Source: Yuukianura sp. NJ FZ-2021
Taxonomy: Eukaryota
NCBI GenBank assembly: GCA_046563655.1
Contig: CM102290.1
Coordinates: forward strand, 4,092,001 to 4,156,000
Reading direction: 5' to 3'
DNA: 64,000 nt
The number at the start of each line of letters is the position of its first letter. The first letter of the stretch is position 1. Position numbers and translations under genes: made by a program. The notes under the pieces were generated by a model. That model had not been told where the DNA came from, did not search any database, and saw nothing but the letters and a program-made list of their open reading frames with translations. This document shows positions 39,042 through 53,300 of the stretch, piece by piece.

Positions 39042-40883
39042 TTACATAAAATCATCGTAATCATCGAATTCCTCATCTAGGCCACCTTTGAGCATTGCAC
39101 GATCTCCCTCGACGTGCAACTTCACTTTTGCTTTCACTGCTTTCCCTGGAGGTCCCTTGGTTGTAGCTTTCTCTGCCTTAGTCTTTTCAAAATATAAAGC
39201 TTCTACAGTAGTTTTAACTTTCTTGAGACGTTTGGCAGGCACTGTATGTTAAATAGAAAATAATAATAAGTTTCGATGTTCCCAATCTTAGATACATATT
39301 GCTTGTGAAACTCTTACACATGATGGCTAAATCCTGAATCAAGTCTTCAACGAAGTCCTGATATGGGGGACGTTTCTCAAAGGGAAGAAGGTCGTTCATC
39401 ATTCTTTTGCGCAGAGCATCAAAGTCATCTTTGGTAATAGGATCTGCATCATTAATAGCACTTGAGCCTAGAAAAGTTAGAAAAAAATTAGTTTTCAGAA
39501 TTGAAAATCTTCAGCGGAACTTGTAATTCGATGTCTCACCGAAGGCCTCTTTGACAATCAGAATCTCCTGAGCTTCTCTCTGCTTTTGCTCCTTGATCTT
39601 GAGATGAGCCAATTGCTCCGCTGTTAACTCTTCCTCTTTCTGTGTATAAACATAATATTTCAATAACACTGACTCATTTCAAAATTCAGCTTCAGTTCTA
39701 TTGTCTAACTTGTTCTTTCTCCTTAATTTTCGCAAATTTCTTCTTCTTTCCTCGCTGCGTAGCCTTTTCTTCACCACCTTCCTTATCTACCGGAGTAGTT
39801 TTTTCAGCGTCATCCTCATCATCCCAGTTGTCCTGAAAGCAGAGTAAAAGAAATAACTGCACTTAAATACTACTCCTCCCATCAGTATATAAGCCACCCA
39901 TAAACTTCACTTGACCGACCTTGACATCCACGTCCTCATCTTCTCCAGCCCATTTGTCGGACTGTCGCGGCGGTGGTTTCACCAGAATTTCATCAAAGTC
40001 CTCTCGACTTTCTGCAAAAAAAACACAAGATGTAAGAGAAGTATTAAATAAAGTGATCCAAAGAAGCGTAAAAGGATTGTATCTAAAGCACAAGGACTAA
40101 ATACTCTATGCGCTTTCTCCGAGTTATAATATGCTCCATCGTGTATCCATGCAAAACTTTGCCGCCGAACGGAGTTTACTGCCCCCGCCAACTCAATGTA
40201 AGTAATACGTAGCGATAGAGCCTGTTAGTTAGTTGGTTCTGTTTCTAATGCAGCTATCTCAATTTCGGCACAATAATAATAATAATAAAATACGATAATT
40301 TCGGCATAATAATATGCTGACTATAACTTTAAAGGTAAGTTAAGTTTTAAGTTAAGCGAGTTTTAGTACCCTGTTGCGAAAAAGAACGGTAAAGGATGTA
40401 AGGCAATAGTATATTACCTTACATCCTTTACCGTTATACTGCACGTTATTAACAAAACTGCAACACTAGGAAGTATCGTTATTGTAATTGCACGAACGAT
40501 GTAAATAAAGTACATCGTACATGTCCCACACATCAAATATACTATCTAGTATGTATTCTAATATACTCCTTCCATATTGGCCCATTTACATCATTTAAGT
40601 TTTGGTATTCGATATTCAATCGTATGTTGGTGCGTGATTCATAACCACAAATCACGTACAATGTAATGATCGTTCAAGCTGTCGGTCATGCAGTAAAGGA
40701 AAAGAGCACATGCTTCGCTTCTCACACATTTTACGTCTTTTTCGAAAAGAAAAGTACGAACCGAATTTCCGCTGAGCTGACCATTATTTCACCAGTTTCA
40801 TGTTCTATATTCAGTTGCGTTATCCATGCATGAGTGAAATTACAATTACTTCTAATTAACTTACCCCAATCGTCGTCAGCCAT
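39042..40883 (-). CDS. eIF3j: Eukaryotic translation initiation factor 3 subunit J (multi-exon)
   Basis: MADDDW micro-exon, DKWAGEDEDVDVKDNWDDED, PITKDDFDAL, EKAT...KAKVKLHVE...DEEFDDYDDFM*. Confidence 0.95.
40385..40435 (-). repeat. 51 nt hairpin (24 bp arms, 3 nt loop) in eIF3j intron 1
   Basis: AACGGTAAAGGATGTAAGGCAATA-GTA-TATTACCTTACATCCTTTACCGTT; the single mismatch is a G-U pair on the minus (eIF3j sense) strand. Confidence 0.9.
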
Positions 40884-41909
40884 CGTAAATTGGTTTTACA
40901 GAAGTTCCTTTCGTCGAAGAGCCGAAGTCACCACCCCGTGAACTACTACTCTACTCTCACACGTCTCCGAAACTGAACTGACGGTGATTGTGATATCCAC
41001 TTCAAGATACACGGCAAAATCTGTGTAATACAAAAACATACTTTACACAACAACGGAGGCAAGGGTACCCATGTATGCCTGGACACATGTACCCATGATT
41101 CATTTTACCTAAATTGTGAATGCAATAAGTACTTCAAATATTTCATTAATGCTTAGATTAGATTAGATTAGAATATATTTATATAAAAACCAAAATGGGG
41201 TTTAGTGCTTCCCATGGAAGACTGTCCGTGTCCGTGTCTTTTATTATGAGAAAGGCACGAGGTTTTTTGCATGCAATTTTTTCGGGTTTGTTTGTATTAT
41301 GGTATGTTATTGCAGTATCCGTTAGTACGGCCGAACGAAGGTGAAAGGACAAGGAGTATCATAGGCTTCAGATTCCGTGAATCATGACTAATCAGGTGAG
41401 TGTTTAGTGCACTAAAATGTCCATCAATTGTGGGAGTTACGTCACTTACAATGACCTGCGATGTTGACATTTCTGCAAAGTATAGGAACTTAATATGAAT
41501 TTGAAGTTGTCGCTTCCGTAGAGACGTGGGAAACCCAAGTAGTGGGGGAGATGACGAAATGGTGATAACACTGATCAGCTGATTATACAAGGACCAGTTT
41601 AAACTCAATTATCATCAGCTGTTTGAACGAAGATTGTGCTGACACTGAATTTAACTTTATATCTCTTTGAGAAGACGAAGATTTACTGAATGGTAACAGA
41701 CGCAATTGGAATTCACGACAGCTGCTGAGCATAGGATACAATGTATTTAGTACCATGGCATGACCTAGAAGAGGGGTGTCCAGTTTCAAGTAAGAGCTGC
41801 ACTATTTATTGGAAAAGAGGTTTATTTTTGTTGTTTATGTAATTTTTGATGTATATTTTTTTTCTGTCAGGTTAAGAGTCCAAAAAAAACATAATTGATA
41901 ATCAGTGAA

Positions 41910-44477
41910 ATGAGGAATTCCAACAATCATCATGCTGTCTCGGGACAGGTAAATGAGATTGTATGTCTTACGCATGCTCTCATCAAAGTTTACCATTTAT
42001 ATACCCCGAGAAACTACTAACAGTGAGTTTCGTTTTGTTAGAGAAACCGAGCGTTCACGGAAGATGAGGCGCTGATAAACCTGAAATTACCGAAGGAGCT
42101 GTTGCTGCGAATATTTTCATTCCTTGACGTAACCGCTCTTTGTCGATGTGCTCAGGTTTCTAAGACCTGGAATTGCTTAGCATTAGATGGCAGCAATTGG
42201 CAAAGAATTGATTTATTTAACTTCCAGAGAGATATCGAGGTATGCTTTTTCTATGGATTACAAATAATCAAATATAATAATATCAAATATAGTAATTACT
42301 CTTTGTTCCTTGTTCGTATCAGGGTGCTGTAGTTGAAAATATAGCCAGAAGATCAGGAGGTTTCCTGAAGAAGCTGAGTCTTAGGGGATGCCAATCAGTT
42401 GGGGACAATGCGATGAAAACATTTTCTCAGCAGTGCCACAACATTGAAGACTTAAACTTGGATAAATGCACAAGAATAACGGATATGTCAGTATTACCGC
42501 TACCTGCCCCCTTTACAATAGTTTTTAAATGCTGTTCTACTGATACTAATCAATTACTTTGACGATTTTTTGTAGAACGTGTATCAGCCTTGCGCGGAAC
42601 GGCAGGAAGTTACAGAAATTGGATTTAACGTCGTGCTCAAACATAACTGATGAATCCTTGAAAGCACTTGGTAGCGGTTGCCCGATCCTACATCATATCA
42701 ATATATCTTGGTGTGATAATATCACTGAACGAGGTATGCTCGATAGACAGAAATACTTTAACATCTTTTCTAATTTTAATGTTGTTTCTGTTTGGATTTT
42801 GCAATTATAGGAATTGAGCACCTTTCAAAAGGATGCACTAAACTAAGGACTTTCATAGCTAAAGGACGATCCTTTATTGACAACGAATGTGTTATTCACC
42901 TAGCCAATAACTGTCCTAATCTAGAAGTTGTTAACTTGAACGGAGCAATTGTAAGTTTTCTGATTGAAATCACAAATGCTAACTCCTGTTACAAGAAATT
43001 TATGGTTCTCGGCATATGATCGTAGGCCTTAACTGATGAAGCAATTCAGAAGTTGTCCCAGAGTTGCACAAATATTCGTTATTTGTGTGTTTCGGGGTGT
43101 GTGAACCTGACGGATGCTACGCTGATATCGCTCTCCCAACACTGTACTCACCTTAGTACATTTGAAGCAGCAAGTTGTTCGCAATTTACAGACAACGGGT
43201 TTCAGGCTCTTGCTAGGGTGAACTCAAACTTGCTAACAACTACGGCTTACAACAAACGTAACACTCAAATTTTAAAATTTAAATGTCTTAACTTGTGACA
43301 AATAGAATTGTCACTATTTGGAGAAAATGGACTTGGAGGACTGCGTTTTGATTACCGACAGTACACTCGCACACCTAGCAGCAGGGTGCCCTAGGCTGGA
43401 GCAACTTGTAAGCACAGGACTCGACTTTATTCCATTGGCGTTTGCATCGTCTTCAAGGAATATAATTTTTTTTTGTTTTTATATAGACCCTGTCACACTG
43501 CGAACTGATTACGGACGACGGAATTCGGCAACTAGGCATTGCTCCTTGTGCTGCTGAGCATCTTATGATTCTTGAGCTAGACAACTGTCCATTGATTACT
43601 GATGCCTCTCTGGAACACTTGGTTTCTTGCCATAACCTTCAGCGGATTGAGCTCTATGACTGTCAAGTCATTACCAGGGCTGGAATACGTCGACTACGAG
43701 TACGTTGAATTCCTAATTCCTAATTTGATAATTTCAGAATAGTAGTTTTTTTTTTTCATGCTGTGGTTTGTGTGAAGAATTTCTAATTGACGATCTGAAG
43801 AATCCAGTAGACGTGATCTGTTCGGTAGCAGATAGAGCGAATATGAGAACGTCGGTCTCGATTTTGTTTAAATTTTTTATCATTATTAACGTTTTTGTTC
43901 GTTATGCTTGGTGCATTTTGGGGCACTCTGAGATTTTTTGGTACAATTTCTCGAAGACTGGTGCTAGTAGTTTTAGGGGGAATCGGAGACGTTAAACATT
44001 ACTTACGCACTAGACGGGTGTCGTTCACTTGGCTGAATTACTTGTTCCCCGCCAGTGTTTTACGTGCAGAGATCGCACTGGCAAACTGGAGGAAAATATT
44101 TAAACTGTGTACAACCTGCCGCTCTAGGTTCTAGTGTCAACAGAACTTGTACTGTACATTTATATGCGATTGCGTTTCTGTTTATGGGGAAATGTGAGAC
44201 AGTGCTCCTTACCGTATTATGGTAGCTTTGAGTGTACAAGTTCTGGGGTATTGTGAGACGTAGACGCTAGAAAGACATACACATTGTTATTCATAAATGT
44301 TATTCCTTTTTGCTAATTATCCTTTCTAGTCAACTTAGTTACTATAACTGTTTGTTCTTGTCGTTTCAGAATCACTTACCAAACATCCGGGTCCATGCAT
44401 ACTTTGCTCCAATGACACCACCTCCCCCAGTTGGTGGATCAAGACAAAGATACTGCAGATGCTGTATCATTCTTTGA
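41910..44477 (+). CDS. FBXL20: F-box/LRR-repeat protein FBXL20/FBXL2 (multi-exon)
   Basis: LINLKLPKELLLRIFSFLDVTALCRCAQVSKTWNCLALDGSNWQRIDLFNFQRDIEG, LRRs, C-terminal VHAYFAP...RQRYCRCCIIL* (CAAX). Confidence 0.96.
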
Positions 44478-45755
44478 ACTTTGTCCGGAACAATTTAACT
44501 TCTCTTCGTTGGTGCACAGAGTATCAACTCCATTCTTTCGGAATGCCTTAGCTTCCTTAATTTCGACTGGGCGTAAGGACGCTATTATCCATGAAATCTT
44601 GCGTAACTACTTATCGTTCCATATTACAGTAATCCTTTAGCTACTCCAGACTCCCTGTATGGAAGCGTAGCAAGGTAATCGAAAGAAAGTAATTGTTGTA
44701 CAATTGGACGGTATGCGTACATTCTGGACTGTACTTCAGTTACATTGTTTTTACTTATAATAAGTATCTCTAAATCTCGAGAGGTAATTCTGACTCGCTT
44801 TCTAGAATTTCCAGCTTTCTGATTTCCAAACGATTCGCAATTTCGATTTAGCTATTTGAACGTAGTGCGCGGTGTTACTTTAGAAGTCGTTTCTCCTGTC
44901 AGTTTATTATTTAACACCTTCACTTGCTCTTAGTTTAAATTAAACGGTACTCGATTATACGCTTAGAAGTTAGGAGACGGCATAGCATGCTGCGCTGATT
45001 GGAGAACTTTGATAAACTACAAAGTCCAGCAGGGTCTTTTCCATTTCTAGTGGAGTTGTTCCTTGCAGTTATTTCGTTAAGGTGCGTTTTTTAGTTACTT
45101 TCGTAGGCTTTTACCATCAAAAACAAATGTAGTAGATACATTAATAAGTAGAAGTAGAGTGAACGGCATCTTATTGACTTTTAACGTAATTTGAAACGTT
45201 GTATAAGACGCGATTGTTATTTTAATATCTAAGACGCTTTATACTCGAAAGTCGAAATTAAATCAGTGTCACTGATAAATTCACATTTCACGCGAACGAA
45301 TCAATGGATTTAGTGAAATTGAATCTATTTATTTAAAATTGAATTTCGGTTTCACGTGATACTGCAATTCTATCGCCAATTTAAAACACTGTAGTAGTAG
45401 TTATTCTGTTAGGGTAGAGTCAGTACCTGACAGTAAATTGATTTGTCTAATCTCGTAAACAAAACACTGTCAAATTGTAATGTAACAATAGGCTTTTGAT
45501 ATCACATTCGCAAGGCGGTTTGCCAGTTCGTGATTTTGACAAGAATTGGAAGGGCTGGGGCAATGTGAGAAAGAACTGGAATCGTTGTAACTCACGATTT
45601 GACCTGACCCTACATGCAAGTTCAGAGTTTCTTCTTTTCACCGAATGCTTCATTAATTGAAAGTATAAAATAAATTAGGTGTTCTCGTCAGTTTGGTATA
45701 GATGGATGAACATTTGACTGAAGATGGTGCGATTCTGTGCTAGTAATCCCAATTG

Positions 45756-48700
45756 TCAGTGGTAAACTTCTGGTTCCAAGTTGAATAACTCCATGCTGAC
45801 ATTTGTCCAATGGATACCAGAACGTTGAAAAACTAGAGACCATACATATGGAACGAAGAATGCTTCTGGAGAATCCTCTTCCACATACCGAAACTTTAGC
45901 TCTGGAAATTTCTGGAACATTAACAAGTCATTCTTAAAACAAGGTTCTACAATCTTAGTGAATTGAATCTCACATTACCCACCTTTAATATGTCTGGCTT
46001 CCAGTGAAGGAATCCATCTTGGAGAACGTCCATAACTTGACCAGCACTGTAACTATGATAGTCTTCTCCAAGTCGTTTTGTAAAGTAGGCTATCACCTAA
46101 ACAGAAATCAGGTTCATTAGTACAAATGGAATCCGTGCATGGTTTCTAATTTCAAGTCGTTTCACATTGCCCCATTTCAGAGATCGTAAATTGGTTGGTT
46201 CCATAACCGAAACGGCACAAACAGAAAATTTACCGCGTCTAAATTAGCGACTAGATCCTGCGTTGCTTCGTGTGTTCGGAACGGTTCGAGCGTATCTTTT
46301 TTGTAGAGCAGTGTGTACACCAAATGTCGATTTTGAGCAAGTTGATGACTGAGAGTAGAATTCAAAATCTCTAGGACCATCCGTACCACCTCTTCTAATA
46401 CTGCTATGTCTTGAGCCTGAAATAATTCGTATTCCAAAATGTTAGAAACTAGCATCAAAAGTTCAACATTCAATTGAGATGACTGATTTACTAACCAGCT
46501 CTGGTTCCGCCGTTTCATTGGGCTTCGTTTCGCTAACGCGTTGTAGTAGTTTCATATACCGTTTCCCGAGTGTCTCGAAGAGGCTGATAAGTCGTTGGGC
46601 GACATAGGGGTGCAAGGAATGGAATTTGGAGGACATATTAGCCAATGACGCCAGACAGTTGGTGTGGAGATACTTGTCCTGCGTGAGTAAAAAGAACTTG
46701 TCGCATTAGAATGCACTAGTCGCTCTAGAAGTTACTATTAAAAAGTAATAAATAAATTTTTAATAGAAATTACCCGCATCTTCAGAATGTTGTACTGGAT
46801 AGTTCGAATGATAACAAGGATCATGAGGCCACCTAATGAAATGTCTCCTACGTTCCGTTCGGTGTACCATTGTATATTTTTGAGAGACTATAACATGAGA
46901 AACACATTACTTTGTATTAGCATTGATAATGGATTTAGGGGCAAGGTGAGACTTACAATCTCATGAATTTGGTGGTTGAACAGTTCTTCTTCGCTCAAGA
47001 TAAGAAGAATAATAAGCGTCATGTAGATGTGGTGTGTTGAGTTAGTCGGAGCGTTGTACAAAGTTTGGATCATTGGTAGAATCTAGAAAACAATCGAAAC
47101 GAGTTTTTTTGTATGCTCAAGAATTCTTTTTCAAAATAGATTTCTGAAACTCATGATTATCAGAGAGCTCCTAGAACACTTTACTTTGTATTTTGGGTGT
47201 GTTAAAACGTTTTTTATGATTAGCCCTAGTACCAGTGTCTCGATGTCGGACCGAGCCATGATATAAGACATGAACTCCACATTCTCAAAGGTAAGCAAGT
47301 ACAGTAGAAGCGTCGACTCATCTGTATTTATGTGTCTACAAATCGTCCCGTAAAGCCTCGCGAAACTGACTCTGAACGTTGCGTGGCGGACACCAGGGAG
47401 AAGCTCAGTGTCGTCAATAGGATCTGGAATATCAAATCAGAGTGTATGGTGAGCTTAGGCTGTACAATGAACTCATGTTTGTGTATAAGCCGATATGGAT
47501 GAAGCATAATGTCTAACTTACCCCCAGTTTCATTTGCACAAAAAGTGATAGCTGCCCGGTATGGATTAACAAAGCCGTCACTTGGACCATGTCGAGTACA
47601 GTGATTGACAAGTATAAGAAGTAAGTTGAGAGACTGTTTTGCCAAACTGTGCTCTTGAAGACCTTCCATGATCTCATCACTGTACGGAGCCAAACCAACG
47701 CCCTTTCGAAGAATGTTCCAAATTCCACCTGCACCACAATCATAGTAAACCACTCTTTAAATAACAACGTTTTTGTGGAATGTAGTCGTAAAAGTATCGG
47801 CAATTACTAGCAACCCCGATAACTATACTTCCTGAGCCCTCATTGTTCCAACATGGATAAGGTGGATCAAGTTGCTCAATGTAGTGAGACAGCAACTTTC
47901 TTGTTAAGGCAATACATGCACTTGGGGCAACACCCTGCATCAGGTATCTAAAAAAAAACATATTACCCCGTTCATCCACTAATTTCAAATGTTTATGTCA
48001 AAAATTTACCTAAAAGACGGCAGCTTTATAGCCGGTTTGGCTGGGACGAACATTTGTTGCGATAAGACAACGATCAGCGTATTGACAGCTTCCAAGTGAA
48101 GCATGTACGTGATATTAGTGACTGGAAGATCCGTCGTGAGGACAACTAACGAATCCATCAATAGCTCAACAGGATCGGAAGGCTCCGATAGTGGAAAAGC
48201 TTCAGATGCCTTTACTGAAGTTTAACGTCAAAATTCCGGCGGCAATAGGTTTAGATTAACTGAAATATTGAAATTACCTGATCGTTCCAACTGCTTTGTG
48301 CATTCTTCATCAGACAGACTTGAATAAAAACATTTCAGAATGCTCCGTATCATGAATAAAGCATTGTAAGCTTGCCAGATAAAAATATTACTGAAAAAAT
48401 ACAACCCAAATTAGATTTTACGCTAATGCACACCAACTTTATAAAGTCGATGACTGTCGCCAAGATCTTACTCAGAAGTTTGAACAGAGATTTGGAGTTC
48501 TTTTGCCCTGGCAGCAAAAACTTCGATAAGTGATATAACGTTTCTTGTATTAAGATTGTTCTGGATTAGATTTGTTCGTAGTTTCTCTAGTGTCGTGTCA
48601 AGGAGAAAATCGTCATCCCTAAAGCAGAAAACGATAAGAATTTGAAACATGAAATCAATCGCTTTTTAGCTGATTGCTACTTGTTGTAGTCGTTTACCGA

Positions 48701-48837
48701 ACAAGTACCGGTTTGACGGAATGTGAAAATAGTTTGTTCCAGATAGGATCCAATGGTGACAGTGCTTCTTCTCCGCAGAATCTCTCCAAGTATTCATTGG
48801 TTTCCAGCGCCTTAAGTGAACTGGCTTCTAGGCCCAT
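45756..48837 (-). CDS. DYM: Dymeclin (multi-exon)
   Basis: MGLEASS...[97 protein letters not shown]. Confidence 0.96.
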
Positions 48838-50374
48838 GGTGTTCCAAAGTTTTCCAGAGCCAAAGCTTGTAATGTCAAAGAGCTTAACCTTGCCAGCTCT
48901 AGGGTCCGGTGCTTTGCCAGTCTTGAACGGTATCTTCATTTTTAAAAAGAGGAATAAAAATGATAAATAGGTTATTGAACTCACGTTGAAGCACTGACGA
49001 TTGACGTCTACAGTTTCTGACAAAATTAACAGGGAGAACGAAGCGTAAATTGATATCATAAGCACCTTCGCAACAAATTCGTATTCAACCCTAACCATGA
49101 CAACCTTCTAACTCCAATCATTTCAAAAAGGCTCAATTTTCCGTTAATTCCAATAAAATGGAAAGTTATTTAAAATAATTCGCAATTACAAAAATGTGTT
49201 TACATAAATGTATTTAAAAATAATTATAAACATTAAAGTATCACTCACCGACGGCTTATTGCCCACAAAATTTCATCAGTGAAGAAAATGAAAGACTTGG
49301 TGTCGATACTAATTCAAACGTAATGCACCTTCAGTTTAAACCTAACCGTTACTCAAAAGTTTAGCCTAGCCAGTAAGTACTCAAAGTTCAACTTTAGTTC
49401 CTAACCTTACGAGACCTCTGTATTATGTATTTAGTCTGTCGCTCCGAAACCAACTTTAAACACAGCGAAGTAATCAATTAATTTCTCGATTTCGATGCGT
49501 AGGGAAAGTGCACCGCACACAATATGCTCATTTTTGAGAATTATTGACATTTGATATTTCTTCCACTTATTTTGCTGGAACTTCATTTCCCGCCGTGTGT
49601 CGTGTCAAACTTATTCCGATGAGACATTCAACATCCACAATTTTACCAGGCGAAGCCAGTATTTCTGAAGTTTAAGTTAAATCGGCGATTTTAATGGTTT
49701 CACTTTCAGGTCAAATGCTATTCATTTTTTTTTTTGACGTATGACATGACCCGTTTATGTTGGAAGTTTGGGTGCACTTGAAAACTAGTAGCACTTGCAA
49801 AAGTGCTCGACTTTTGCATGCATTACGATACATAAAATACAACATATTTTTGTCAGAATCCAAATCGGTAACGCCCAAGGATTAACATTATATTTATGGC
49901 TTTATCTTCCACTTCAACGATTACTGGAATTGGTAACAGTTGGTATTTCGGTTACCTATTGGTATTGCACGTTAGAAAGAAGTAAATTGGCGAAAACTCG
50001 CCTGTCTGCGTATCCATGTTTGTGACGCTTATACCGTTTGTTTATTTGGACCCGACACCCGAGTGATTCCGAGTTAAACGCGGATGAATTGACTTTCCTC
50101 ATTTCCCTCCTTGGGATTTTTAACTTGAGCAAAGAGGAGCAGAGCTAAGCGCGCTTTCCACTGTGAGAGGCCTCTTTTATTTTGGAAAGTTCTTTCTAGC
50201 ATCGCATCATCTGAGTGATCTGATTATTCGTTTGTTTAGTTACTAAACTCATTCCTCATGGAATTGTCAACATCTTAAACAGGAGAACGTTTGTGAATTG
50301 TGATTCAAAAGTAATTCCAGATAAAGGTCATCTAAAGCACAGAAGTTCCCAAAGGTCAGCTAGCAAGCAGCAGC

Positions 50375-53300
50375 ATGAGTACTGGAAATGCACAGGGAGT
50401 CGGGGTCGGAGGAGTACCAATACAACAACCCTATGGTGCCTCAGCTGTTTCGGGTGGTCAGCGGTTCAGTTCGGATCAAATCACTACTATCACACATAGT
50501 GGGCTGTCTGCCGGTAGTTCGTTACAACCGATTGGTCCTGTGGGGTCTAATACCATGCAGTATCAACCTGGACAGATAGTGCATAAGGTAAATCAGACCA
50601 CATCACAAGTTTTAATCGTTGATGAAGTACAGTGACTAATCAAGTTTCCTTTGGTCAGGGTGCACAACCACACTTCATTGCCGTGACTAGCAGCAGAACC
50701 CGGATGCCGCTACAGAAGGATGACATGAAACAAGTCGATCAAGAAGAGCAGCCAATGGAATCATCTGGTCCATCTTCTATGCCGGTCGGCTCTGATGTTG
50801 GTTCCGGTGATGCATCCTCAAGCGGCGGATCACAGACGGAGGTAAGTATCTTTCTTCATTTTAACTCAATGTTTAAAATGTTTACTGCAAAAAATACTTT
50901 TAGCAACGACTGAAAGTGGAGGATGCGTTAAATTATCTGGATCAAGTCAAATACAAGTTTGGAAATCAGCCTCAAGTGTACAATGATTTTTTGGATATCA
51001 TGAAGGAGTTCAAGTCCCAGAGGTTCGTCGTATTTTAACTAACTTATAGCTTCTAAAATGGAATTGTTAAGCTGATAGTTGCCATCCTTATTTTCAGTAT
51101 TGATACTCCTGGAGTAATTGCACGAGTGTCACAACTCTTTCGCGGTCATCCCGAGCTGATTGTTGGATTCAATACATTTTTGCCTCCCGGATACAAAATC
51201 GAGATTCAGGCAAACGACTCGGTAAGTTGCTCCAGTTTGGTTTCTTGAGATTATTTTTATGTATGTTTTTAAGTAAGATCATGTCTTTTCATTGCCAATT
51301 TTCTTTCAGATTTCCCTGAGTATGATTGGGCAAGGAGGTGGCTATGTGGTTACTACTGTCCAACCCGGGTTGCCAGGACCTGGTGGCCATCCTTCAACTC
51401 AGAGTACGGTTATTCATCAACATACAAGCGTACCTGTGCCACCACCAGCTCGTCCTACTATTTCCAAGTAAGTAATACGTAACTTAACCGAAAATAAACA
51501 AAATTACTACTTTGTTGATCTTTATTTATGATTCTGTGTTCAAAACAGTCTTGCCCCCAGTGCTGTGACAAGGTTGTCACCTATTCCTCCGCCACTTCCA
51601 GCTGTCGCTACCAATGTCAACACTGCCGGCACCTCTGCTTTTACCCATTCCTTTACTTCTCCATTTGTTCAATCTGCATTTCCCAGTTTACAGACACAAC
51701 CAGTTGAATTCAACCATGCGATCAATTACGTTAATAAAATCAAGGTACGTGAACAATTATTTGTTGCCGATTAAAAAGGAAACAACGAGTGGCGGAACCG
51801 AATAGAGAACGTAGCTGATAACCTAATCCTTTTATGCTAGAATCGATTCCAAGGACATCCGGATAAATACAAGCAATTTCTTGAAATATTGCACACCTAT
51901 CAAAAGGAACAACGAAACATCAAAGATGGACAGCCGCCTTCCAACAAGCACCTTACGGAACACGAAGTCTATTCGCAAGTCGCAAAGTTGTTCGAAAATC
52001 AGGAAGATCTTTTAAAGGAGTTCGGACAGTTTTTGCCTGATGCCACTAATCATCAAAATACGGTGAGTGTAGAGACATCATATTATCAGAAGATTGATCT
52101 TTTGTTTTATTTGTTTCCGTTTACACTCTATATTTTAGAGCGCAATCGATCAGGCGAAAAAGAGCGTAAAGATGAGTAGAGACAGAGAGTTTGTGACTAC
52201 TCAGCCGACTAATGTGGGTAACCTGCCGCAAAAACGTCCAGCGCTGCAGCCTTCTGGAGCCCAAGACAGAAAGAAGCCAAAGGAAATGGCGAACGTTCAT
52301 TATGGCAAGCACGTCAGTCTAGTTGAGGCCGCCCGTTATGGAACATTGAACGATTTTGCGTTCTTTGACAAGGTAAGATCCATATCATTTACTCGTATTT
52401 GGATATGATATAGCATTCGCTAGATATTCTGTATACTTTAATTGTTTATTTCCATAGGTCCGTGTTATGATGAAATCGCCAGCAATTTACAACAATTTCC
52501 TCAGATGCGTGAATCTATTTTCTGATCAATTGTTTTCCGCCAATGAACTGCTAACGCTGGTGAATCCCTTCTTGGCGAAAAGCCCTGAGCTCCACAACTG
52601 GTTTAAGGAGTTTATTGGAGTGAAGCCTGAATCTGCATCTGGCTACTATGACATGGGGCATCCTGCTGCAGTTAAGTCAACTGAGAAACTTACCGAAGAG
52701 CAAATGGTTGAAATTGGTAATTTTATTTAAATAACATGCGTTGATTGTGATCAATCGGTATTAAACGTTGTTTTTATATTTCCAGATTATACAACATGCA
52801 AAAGGTTAGGAGCAAGCTACTGCGCAATGCCCAGCAACAATCTGCCACCTAAGTGCAGTGGGCGGAGTCTTCTACCTCTGTGCAGTGAAGTGCTCAACGA
52901 TGTTTGGGTTTCGTTTCCGTCTTGGTCTGAAGACCCGTCGTTTTCAAATTCCAGGAAAACAACGTTTGAAGAGTGTATGTACCGAGTAGAAGATGAACGG
53001 TTCGAGGTTAGTCTCTTTTATTTACAAGTTCTACACAACTACATCCCACATCCAATGTGTATTTGTTTCAGTTGGATGTCGTTATTGAAACAAACGCGGC
53101 GGTAATAAGGGCTTTGGAGTTTGTTGCCAAGAAAATGGCACGCATGAGCCCAGAGGAGTTGGCAGACTTTGAGCTGGATGACTGCCTTGGTGGTACGTCG
53201 CAGACAATACATCAACGAGCAATCAGACGAATTTATGGTGAGAAAGCAGCTGAAATTATTGAGGGATTAAAGAAACAACCAGTGACTGCCATTCCACTGG

